Assembly (NCBI GenBank): GCA_020349685.1
Contig: CP070698.1
Coordinates: 394,662 to 406,148 of the forward strand
Direction: 5' to 3'
Length of the DNA: 11,487 bases
From: a bacterium
GTDB lineage: Bacteria; BMS3Abin14
Made by a program: the position numbers and the translations under genes. The notes under the pieces were generated by a model, which worked only from the letters and a program-made list of their open reading frames with translations, had not been told where the DNA came from and did no database searches. Shown here piece by piece: positions 1 to 6,478 of the stretch (position 1 is its first letter; every line of letters begins with the position of its first letter).

Positions 1-2
1 AG

Positions 3-353
3 AAACGGAAAATAGGCCTTCTTTCCTTTAAAGTCTACATACCCCATGACCGTGATATCTCCCTTCTGAGGGAGGCAAGGGTGCTGTTCCAGCTTTATGT
101 GGAAAGATACCCGGATGGCGAGTGGGTCGGCGACGCACACCGGCGTGCGGAACAACTTCTGACCAAGGAGGGCATGCACGAGCTGGAGATCGCCTCCTTC
201 TATCTCAGGAAAAACAACCCCCTCGCCGCCATAAAGAGGGCAGGCAGGATCCTGGGTGGTGAATTTCCAGAGAAGATCAAGGACGATGCGCGCGGCCTGA
301 TACGCGATGCCGAAGAATCAATTCCTCAGGAAGAGAGCGTACAGGATCTCTGA
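3..353 (+). CDS. bamD: Outer membrane protein assembly factor BamD, C-terminal part (5' truncated by the window edge)
   Basis: The frame is open from position 3 (KRKIGLLSFKVYIPHDRDISLLREARVLFQLYVERYPDGEWVGDA...), so GTG 81 is not the true start. DRD..., 'F..YVERYPDG.W...A', 'HELEIASFYLRK' and 'AAIKR' match the BamD/YfiO C-terminal TPR pattern. Confidence 0.8.
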   Translation, partial: KRKIGLLSFKVYIPHDRDISLLREARVLFQLYVERYPDGEWVGDAHRRAEQLLTKEGMHELEIASFYLRKNNPLAAIKRAGRILGGEFPEKIKDDARGLIRDAEESIPQEESVQDL

Positions 354-373
354 TCCCATGTTTGGAGGGTCTC

Positions 374-1099
374 ATGCGTCTGAAGCGGCTGACCATCACC
401 CAGATCGATGACCTCATCGATCATGGCCAGATCGAGGAGGCGGAGGAAACCCTCCTCTCGATCTATCGTCAGAATCCTGATTTCGCCGATATATGCAACC
501 GGTTGGGGCAGATCTACTATCAGAAGGGTGAACACGCCAGAGCCAGGGAGTTTCTCGAGAGAGCCGTGCGCCTCAACCCCGACTATACCGAGGCCTCCCT
601 GAACCTGGCCGTGACGCTCAATGAAATGAAACAGTACGGCCGTGCAAAGGAAGTGATCGAGCAGGCCCAGATCAGGGCCAACAGGAAAAGAACTGCATTG
701 GAGCCCTTCATTGCGGGGAAGCTTGCCAACAAGCACATGGAGATCGCGGACATATACCGCGAGCTGGGGATGTTCGTTGAGAGCATCGATGAATATCGAA
801 AGGCGCTCAACATCTCTCCGGGCTTCCCCGACATCCAGGTCAAACTGGCCGTCACCCTGCGCGAAATAGGGATGACGGATGAGGCGCTGGAGGTTCTGAT
901 CAAGGCGACGGAACATCGTCCTGACTATCTTGATGCCCGCATTCAACTGGGGATCACCTATTTTTCAAGAGGTTTTTTAGACCGGGCCAAAGAGCAGTGG
1001 AAACTGGTGCTTAAAGCCGACCCTTCCCATACCAGGGCCCTCATGTACATGAGCTTTCTTGAAAAGGGTGCCGGTGTGGCATCAGGCAGCTCTGGTTGA
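374..1099 (+). CDS. Tetratricopeptide repeat protein, probably cytoplasmic
   Basis: GGAGGG at 364-369 precedes ATG 374, preferred over TTG 362. Repeated TPR units (NPDFADICNRLG..., NPDYTEASLNLA..., SPGFPDIQVKLA..., RPDYLDARIQLG...). No signal peptide or lipobox. Confidence 0.85.
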   Translation: MRLKRLTITQIDDLIDHGQIEEAEETLLSIYRQNPDFADICNRLGQIYYQKGEHARAREFLERAVRLNPDYTEASLNLAVTLNEMKQYGRAKEVIEQAQIRANRKRTALEPFIAGKLANKHMEIADIYRELGMFVESIDEYRKALNISPGFPDIQVKLAVTLREIGMTDEALEVLIKATEHRPDYLDARIQLGITYFSRGFLDRAKEQWKLVLKADPSHTRALMYMSFLEKGAGVASGSSG

Positions 1100-1117
1100 T
1101 TTACCTAAACCACTGTC

Positions 1118-1146
1118 TTGACAGGGGTTTTTACGACCACTATCAT
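1118..1146 (+). promoter_or_regulatory. Sigma70-type promoter for the LysM gene
   Basis: TTGACA (1118-1123), 17-nt spacer, TATCAT (1141-1146), intergenic and correctly oriented. Confidence 0.7.
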
Positions 1147-1270
1147 CTTGAAAACTGTTTGAGCTTTGTATTCAGGGTTTAGAGCTCCGGTCGCGACGTC
1201 CGGGGTTGAGACTAGACCCTTATTGAAGTATACCCATATCGAGAGGGGCCTTTATAAAAAGGAGAGCGCC

Positions 1271-2341
1271 ATGAAGCGAACCGGCTATGTTTTAGCCGCG
1301 GCTGTCGCCGCGCTGGTCGTGGTGACCTTGCTGACGACCGCGCCGTGCATCTCACACGCCTCAGGAAAAGTCCACATCGTTGTTAAGGGCGACACACTCT
1401 GGGACATCTCGTCCTTTTACATTTACGATCCTTTTCTGTGGCCGCAGATCTGGAGCGCCAACCGTGGGATCGAGAACCCCCATCTTATCTACCCCGGTCA
1501 GGAGATCGTCATCCCCGAAATGGCCGCCAGGGTGCCACCCCCGCCGGCAGAAGCCAGACCACCGCTTCCGGCTCCTCCGCCAGAGCCCGAGATAGCCGAA
1601 CCGGCCGAACCTGAGCCGGAACCTGAGCCCGAACCTGAGCCCGAACCAGCCCCGGTCACGGAGGAAGCCAAACAGGAGATGATCCTGGCCATGAGCACCT
1701 ACGGATTCATCATCGAGGACCGTGAGATCGGGATCGGCACCATTACCTCCACCGAGGAAAAGAGACTCCTGATCAGCCCGGGAATGAAGGTCTACGTGGA
1801 GACCGATAAAAAGGATCCCCTTTTGACCGATCACCGCTACTCCATCGTTCGTATTTTTGACGAGGTGTCCCATCCCGTAACCAGGAAAAAGGTCGGGTAC
1901 CTCGCGAGGGTTCTCGGCGACATGACGGTGGTCCATTCCAAGGGGAAACTTTCCACAGCCATCGTCGGAGAGGTCTACAGGGATGTCCAGATCGGTGACC
2001 ACGTCATCGAGCACCTCGATTACCTGACCTGGCTCCCGAAGGAAGAGAGCGAGCTGCCAGCGGACCTTACAGGCTACGTTCTCATCAACCCCGAGGGTAA
2101 ATCCCTCCTGGGCAAGGAAGACGTGGTTTTCCTGGACATGGGGATCGAGGATGGACTCAAAACGGGTGACCGATTCGACCTGCTGGGCCCTTCCAAGGAA
2201 GTGGGAGGGGTCATGACCCCTCCGGAGATCATCGGGGAAGTACAGGTGATCGTTCCCAGGCCCAATTCTTCTGTGGCCAGGATCACCAAAAGCCTTCGCG
2301 ATATCAGTATCGGTACCGAGGTCGTTACCGGAGTCAGGTAA
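1271..2341 (+). CDS. Secreted LysM peptidoglycan-binding protein, TsaP-like (signal peptide, LysM, Pro/Glu linker, FlgT_C-like beta domain)
   Basis: AAGGAG just before ATG 1271. Sec signal MKRTGYVLAAAVAALVVVTLL...SHA. LysM 'HIVVKGDTLWDIS...DPFLWPQIWSANRGIENPHLIYPGQEIVIP'. C-terminal 'VFLDMGIEDGLKTGDRF...IGEVQVI...SSVARIT' is typical of TsaP/FlgT_C-type domains. Confidence 0.8.
   Translation: MKRTGYVLAAAVAALVVVTLLTTAPCISHASGKVHIVVKGDTLWDISSFYIYDPFLWPQIWSANRGIENPHLIYPGQEIVIPEMAARVPPPPAEARPPLPAPPPEPEIAEPAEPEPEPEPEPEPEPAPVTEEAKQEMILAMSTYGFIIEDREIGIGTITSTEEKRLLISPGMKVYVETDKKDPLLTDHRYSIVRIFDEVSHPVTRKKVGYLARVLGDMTVVHSKGKLSTAIVGEVYRDVQIGDHVIEHLDYLTWLPKEESELPADLTGYVLINPEGKSLLGKEDVVFLDMGIEDGLKTGDRFDLLGPSKEVGGVMTPPEIIGEVQVIVPRPNSSVARITKSLRDISIGTEVVTGVR
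1607..1648 (+). repeat. In-frame 12-bp tandem repeat encoding a (Glu-Pro)n linker
   Basis: GAACCTGAGCCG GAACCTGAGCCC GAACCTGAGCCC GAACCA. Confidence 0.9.
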
Positions 2342-2387
2342 AAACTGTCCGGAGACCGCGGCCTTCCGGCTTCAGTGCCCGGTGTGT

Positions 2388-2509
2388 TCGCGCAGAGACG
2401 CAGGGAACGCAGGGTAAAGAACACAGGGTAAAGAACAAAAGAACAGAAGTGATTGATTTATTCTGAACCCTGTAAAGGCATTCCCCGCGAACTCTGCGTC
2501 CCTGCGAGA
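2388..2509. repeat. Long imperfect fold-back element with CGCAG-periodic arms (REP/MITE-like)
   Basis: 2388-2414 matches the reverse complement of 2483-2509 at 21/27 positions. Inner arms 2423-2435 and 2461-2473 match at 11/13. Contains a perfect 14-bp tandem duplication CAGGGTAAAGAACA (2410-2437). Confidence 0.8.
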
Positions 2510-2584
2510 GTCAGGGTTTCACGGGCCGGTGCCGGTCGGCCGCAAGGTAATCCAAGGTAATCGTTGTAGGGTAATTTCCATCTT

Positions 2585-2675
2585 CCCAGGCAGCCCCTGA
2601 AGGCGGCCCCGGGTCTTGACAACCGCTTTGAGCGGTTCACGGTATAAGCCCCCGACTTTGCCGGGGGTACGTGAC
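2585..2675. mobile_element. Three-hairpin cassette resembling an orphan IS200/IS605-family end (non-autonomous remnant)
   Basis: Hairpins at 2585-2613 (imperfect), 2621-2637 (AACCGCT-TTG-AGCGGTT) and 2649-2667 (CCCCCGAC-TTT-GCCGGGGG). The string CCGCTTTGAGCGGTTCAC...AAGCCCCCG.CTTTGCCGGGGGT is one I recall downstream of IS200-like tnpA genes. No transposase is adjacent. Confidence 0.55.
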
Positions 2676-2683
2676 AGCCTGGC

Positions 2684-3055
2684 CTACTGGGCCTCCTCCC
2701 CTGAAGTCTGGGGGGCGGCTGCGTCTGACTGAGGGGCGGCGTCCGGCAGGGCTTCCGGAGCGGCTTCGCCGGGTGTCTGGACCGGGAGCTGCTGCGAGGC
2801 TGGAAGCTGGACGCTGTCCACTTTGCCTGCGGACGAAATGTAGGCCAACCCGAGAGATGTCAGCATGAAACCGACGGCGGCCGCCGTCGTCAGCTTGGCC
2901 ATGAATCCGGCGGGTCCGCCGCTTCCGAAGAGGGTCTGGCTGGAACCACCGAAAGCGGCACCCATCTCAGCCCCCTTGCCCGTCTGCAGGAGAACCACCA
3001 GGATGAGAAACACCGCGACAGCGATGTGAAGAAGCTTGATAAGGATCATTAGCAT
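2684..3055 (-). CDS. secG: Preprotein translocase subunit SecG
   Basis: 'LILVVLLQTGKGAEMGAAFGGSSQTLFGSGG...MAKLT' SecG signature, two hydrophobic helices, GGAGGT RBS at 3067-3072, classic position after tpiA. Confidence 0.97.
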   Translation of the reverse strand: MLMILIKLLHIAVAVFLILVVLLQTGKGAEMGAAFGGSSQTLFGSGGPAGFMAKLTTAAAVGFMLTSLGLAYISSAGKVDSVQLPASQQLPVQTPGEAAPEALPDAAPQSDAAAPQTSGEEAQ

Positions 3056-3079
3056 GGGTTGTGTGTACCTCCGGTTTTC

Positions 3080-3121
3080 AGCTGAGAGCTTTGAGCTCAG
3101 AGCTTATGAATAATAGCTATA
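3080..3121. repeat. Degenerate 7-nt tandem array with an AGCT core
   Basis: AGCTGAG AGCTTTG AGCTCAG AGCTTAT GAATAAT AGCTATA: five AGCT cores in exact 7-nt phase. Confidence 0.8.
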
Positions 3122-3129
3122 AACCTTAA

Positions 3130-3157
3130 AGAATATTCATCTACAATTTTTTGTCAA
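3130..3157 (-). promoter_or_regulatory. Putative internal sigma70 promoter for secG
   Basis: Minus strand TTGACA (3157-3152), 16-nt spacer, TATTCT (3135-3130), in the AT-rich tpiA-secG spacer. Confidence 0.55.
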
Positions 3158-3171
3158 CTCCCGATCACCCA

Positions 3172-3939
3172 TCAGGTTTCACCGATCACTGATTTAATTA
3201 TCCCCGCGAAACTCTCCGGTTCCAGGCTGGCCCCGCCAACCAGGGCGCCGTCGATGTCATCCATGGCCATGAGCGCGCCGATATTCTCCGGCTTGACCGA
3301 CCCTCCGTAAAGGATCCTGACCGAACCGGCAACCTCACCACCAAACAGGTCGGCCAGCTGGGTCCTGGCGAAGGATTGGACCTCCTGCGCCTCCTCCGGG
3401 CTGGCTGTTTTCCCGGTGCCTATGGCCCACACCGGTTCGTAGGCAAGGACGATCTCCCGGCCGCTCTCCAGGACCACATCGGCAAGGCCTCCATGGATCT
3501 GCACTCCCACGGTGTCAAAGGTCTTCCCGTAATCCCTCTCGCCTAGGGTTTCCCCCACACACACGACCGGCGTGATCCCTTCCCTCAAGGCTGCCTGGAC
3601 CTTCCTTGACACCTCGCCATCCCCCTCTCCGAAGAACTGCCTGCGTTCGGAGTGGCCGAGGATCACGTAACGGCACCCGGCGTCCCTGAGCATGACCGGG
3701 CTGACCTCTCCCGTGAAGGCCCCCCCCTCCTCCCAGTGCATGTTCTGGGCGGCCAGCCCGACTGCGCTGCCGGCAAGGGCTCTGGAAACAGCCGCGAGGG
3801 AAACGAAGGAAGGGGCCAGGGCGACCTCCACCTCGACCTCGTCGGCGACCATGGGCAGGAACTCCTCGACGAAATCCACCGATTCGTCGACGGTTTTGTT
3901 CATTTTCCAGTTGGCAAGGATGAACGGTTTTCTTTCCAT
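3172..3939 (-). CDS. tpiA: Triose-phosphate isomerase
   Basis: NWKMN, ILGHSERR, AYEPVWAIGTG, YGGSV and GALVGGASL motifs. Confidence 0.99.
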   Translation of the reverse strand: MERKPFILANWKMNKTVDESVDFVEEFLPMVADEVEVEVALAPSFVSLAAVSRALAGSAVGLAAQNMHWEEGGAFTGEVSPVMLRDAGCRYVILGHSERRQFFGEGDGEVSRKVQAALREGITPVVCVGETLGERDYGKTFDTVGVQIHGGLADVVLESGREIVLAYEPVWAIGTGKTASPEEAQEVQSFARTQLADLFGGEVAGSVRILYGGSVKPENIGALMAMDDIDGALVGGASLEPESFAGIIKSVIGET

Positions 3940-4030
3940 CAGGGCAATTCCCCGGGCCAGCGGCTAAGGCGCTTTGCCAGGCCTCTTTTCAATGCACGGT
4001 CGTGAGGGCTGCCGGAACTGAAGCTCGGGA

Positions 4031-5233
4031 TCAGGCGTCATCAAGGGCATTGATGCCGGGCAGCTGACCCTTTTGCAGGAACATGATGAACGCTCCCCCA
4101 CCCGTGGAGATATAATCTATTTTGTCCCACTTTCCGGTGGAGTGCACCGCCACATCGGTGTCGCCTCCGCCGAGGATGGTCAGGGCCCTGCAGTTGGCCA
4201 GGATGTCGACCATGGAGGAGGTTCCCTTGCTGAAGGGCGAAACCTCGAAAACCCCCATGGGACCGTTCCAGACCACGGTCCTGGCCAATTCAACGACCTC
4301 CTTGAAAAGAATGACCGTTGCGGGTCCGATATCCAGGCCCATCTGATCATCGGGGATCTCCTGGACAGGCACCGTCATGGTCTCGGCCTTTTCATCGATC
4401 TGAAGGGCCGCGACGCAGTCCACTGGAAGGTAGAAAGGGATCCCCTTTAATTTGGCCTGCTGCATGATGTCGGCGGCAAGTTCGACCATATCCTTCTCAA
4501 CCAGTGATTTTCCTACTTTATAGCCGAGGGACTTCAAAAAGGTGAAAGCCATGCCGCCGCCGATGATGATCTTGTCCACCCTTTCCATCAGGGCCATGAT
4601 CGTCATTATCTTATCGGAGACCTTGGCCCCGCCCAGGATCGCCACCAGAGGCCTCACCGGCTGGGCTAAGGCCCGGTTGAAATAATCGATCTCATTCTTC
4701 ATCAGGAAACCGGCCACGGCCGGTTTGAGGAGGGCCGGAACGCCCACCACCGAGGCGTGCTCCCTGTGGGAGGTGGCAAAGGCGTCGTCCACGTAGATGT
4801 TGCCCAGCCGGCTGAGCTGCCTTGCAAATTCGGGATCGTTTCCGGTCTCACCGGCATGGAACCGCAGGTTCTCGAGGAGGACGACACTGCCCGGCTGGAG
4901 CTTTTCCACAGCCTTCTGCACCTCGTCGCCGACACAGTCGGCCAGGAGCTGCACATCCAGTTTGAGCAGGCGGCTGAGGCGCCTTGCCACCGGCCCGAGG
5001 CTCATGGAAGGCACCACCTGGCCCTTGGGCCGGCCCAGGTGGCTCATGAGCACCACACTGCCCCCGTTGTCGAGGATGTGGTTGATGGTCGGCAGGGTGG
5101 CCCTTATCCGGGTGTCGTCGGCGATGTTGCCGCTGGCATCCAGGGGGACGTTGTAGTCCACCCGCACAAGGGCACGCACCCCCTTGAGGTCCAGGTCCTC
5201 CAGAGTCCTTTTTCGCAGCACGTTAGAGTGCAT
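4031..5233 (-). CDS. pgk: Phosphoglycerate kinase
   Basis: VRVDYNVP, SHLGRP, LLENLRF, GGAKVSDK, WNGPMGVFE and ISTGGG motifs. Overlaps the end of gap by 11 nt; the exact start is slightly uncertain. Confidence 0.98.
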   Translation of the reverse strand: MHSNVLRKRTLEDLDLKGVRALVRVDYNVPLDASGNIADDTRIRATLPTINHILDNGGSVVLMSHLGRPKGQVVPSMSLGPVARRLSRLLKLDVQLLADCVGDEVQKAVEKLQPGSVVLLENLRFHAGETGNDPEFARQLSRLGNIYVDDAFATSHREHASVVGVPALLKPAVAGFLMKNEIDYFNRALAQPVRPLVAILGGAKVSDKIMTIMALMERVDKIIIGGGMAFTFLKSLGYKVGKSLVEKDMVELAADIMQQAKLKGIPFYLPVDCVAALQIDEKAETMTVPVQEIPDDQMGLDIGPATVILFKEVVELARTVVWNGPMGVFEVSPFSKGTSSMVDILANCRALTILGGGDTDVAVHSTGKWDKIDYISTGGGAFIMFLQKGQLPGINALDDA

Positions 5234-6233
5234 AGAGGTATTTCACCAGATCCCGGAGCCGGCAGGCGTACCCGTACTCGTTGTCGTACCAGGACATGAC
5301 CTTGGCCATTGTCCCGTCCACCACCCTCGTCAGGGGGGCGTCGAAGATGGAAGAGGCTTCCCACCCGTTGAAGTCCACTGATACCAGGGGCTCGTCGCTG
5401 TATGCCAGGAAGCCGGCCAGAGGGCCCTCCTGGGAAGCTTTTTTCATCTCTGCGTTGATCGAGGCAGCGTCCGTTCCCTTTTCCAGTTCGACCGTCAGGT
5501 CCACAAGGGACACGTTGGGTGTGGGCACCCGAACAGCCAAACCATCCAGTTTTCCCTTCAGCTGGGGGAGCACTTCGCCCACTGCGGAGGCCGCCCCGGT
5601 CGTGGTGGGGATCATGGAGACCGCAGCCGCCCTGGCCCTGCGAAGGTCCCTGTGGGGCTGATCGAGGATGCGCTGATCGTTGGTGTAGGCGTGGACGGTG
5701 GTCATGATGCCGTGGATGATCCCGTAATTTTCATCCAGCACTTTGGCCACCGGGGCAAGACAGTTGGTCGTGCAGGAGGCGTTGGAGATCACCCGGTGTT
5801 TTTCAGGGTCCAGGTCCTGGTGGTTGACCCCCATGACAACCGTGATGTCCACGCCCTTGCCGGGCGCTGAGATGACAACATGGGAGGCGCCCGCTTCCAG
5901 GTGCACCGCGGCGGCCTCTCTTTTGGTGAAAAGCCCGGTGCATTCGAGCACCACATCCACACCGAGCTCCTTCCAGGGCAACCTGGATGGATCCTTTTCG
6001 GAAAAAACCTTTACCGGCTTCTGAGCGATGATGATGTTGTCACCGGAGACCTGGCTCGCATCCTCCCCTTTCAGGCAGCCGTGGACGGAATCATGACAGA
6101 AAAGGTAGTTGAGCGTCCCGGCATCGGTCAGGTCGTTGATGGCAACGAACTCGATCCCCGGGTCCTCCATCGCGCTGCGAACGGTAAGTCTCCCGATGCG
6201 GCCAAATCCGTTGATCGCCACTTTGACGGCCAT
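5223..6233 (-). CDS. gap: Type I glyceraldehyde-3-phosphate dehydrogenase
   Basis: INGFGRIGR, SNASCTTNCLAP (catalytic Cys) and WYDNEYGY motifs; AAGGAGG RBS upstream. Confidence 0.99.
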   Translation of the reverse strand: MAVKVAINGFGRIGRLTVRSAMEDPGIEFVAINDLTDAGTLNYLFCHDSVHGCLKGEDASQVSGDNIIIAQKPVKVFSEKDPSRLPWKELGVDVVLECTGLFTKREAAAVHLEAGASHVVISAPGKGVDITVVMGVNHQDLDPEKHRVISNASCTTNCLAPVAKVLDENYGIIHGIMTTVHAYTNDQRILDQPHRDLRRARAAAVSMIPTTTGAASAVGEVLPQLKGKLDGLAVRVPTPNVSLVDLTVELEKGTDAASINAEMKKASQEGPLAGFLAYSDEPLVSVDFNGWEASSIFDAPLTRVVDGTMAKVMSWYDNEYGYACRLRDLVKYLYAL

Positions 6234-6321
6234 TTCACCCTCCTTGCCAGTAGATTAGCAATGATCTTTCCACGGCCATGCTTCATGTTACGGCAGGCAC
6301 AAATGACTTAACATGGAAAGA

Positions 6322-6335
6322 CGTTTATGTAAACG
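6322..6335. promoter_or_regulatory. Perfect 6-2-6 inverted repeat upstream of gap, candidate operator
   Basis: CGTTTA-TG-TAAACG, overlapping a -35-like TTTACA on the minus strand. Confidence 0.35.
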
Positions 6336-6377
6336 GGGTTACCAAATAAAACTTTTTTTTAAGGATAACAGTTCAAC

Positions 6378-6405
6378 TTGACACCCGCCCCATGACCTAT
6401 AGTAT
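6378..6405 (+). promoter_or_regulatory. Putative sigma70 promoter for the hybrid kinase
   Basis: TTGACA (6378-6383), 16-nt spacer, TAGTAT (6400-6405); alternative TATGAT at 6403-6408. Confidence 0.5.
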
Positions 6406-6420
6406 GATGGGGATCAAACT

Positions 6421-6443
6421 GTTAAGTGTCAATTCACACTAAC
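6421..6443. promoter_or_regulatory. Imperfect palindrome downstream of the kinase promoter, candidate operator
   Basis: GTT-A-AGTGT-CAATTC-ACACT-AAC. Confidence 0.35.
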
Positions 6444-6478
6444 GTTACACAAATGAGAGATGTCGATCTGCGGTAATC

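Noticed and set aside
1166-1270. TTG start giving a 35-aa N-terminal extension of the LysM protein
   Set aside because: ATG 1271 has a good RBS and begins a canonical signal peptide.
2458-2640. 60-aa ORF in the LysM-secG spacer
   Set aside because: Runs through hairpins and repeats, has no RBS and no protein-like features.
2342-2683. Expected tRNA-Leu downstream of secG
   Set aside because: No cloverleaf, T-loop GTTCRA in a tRNA context or CCA end found on either strand.
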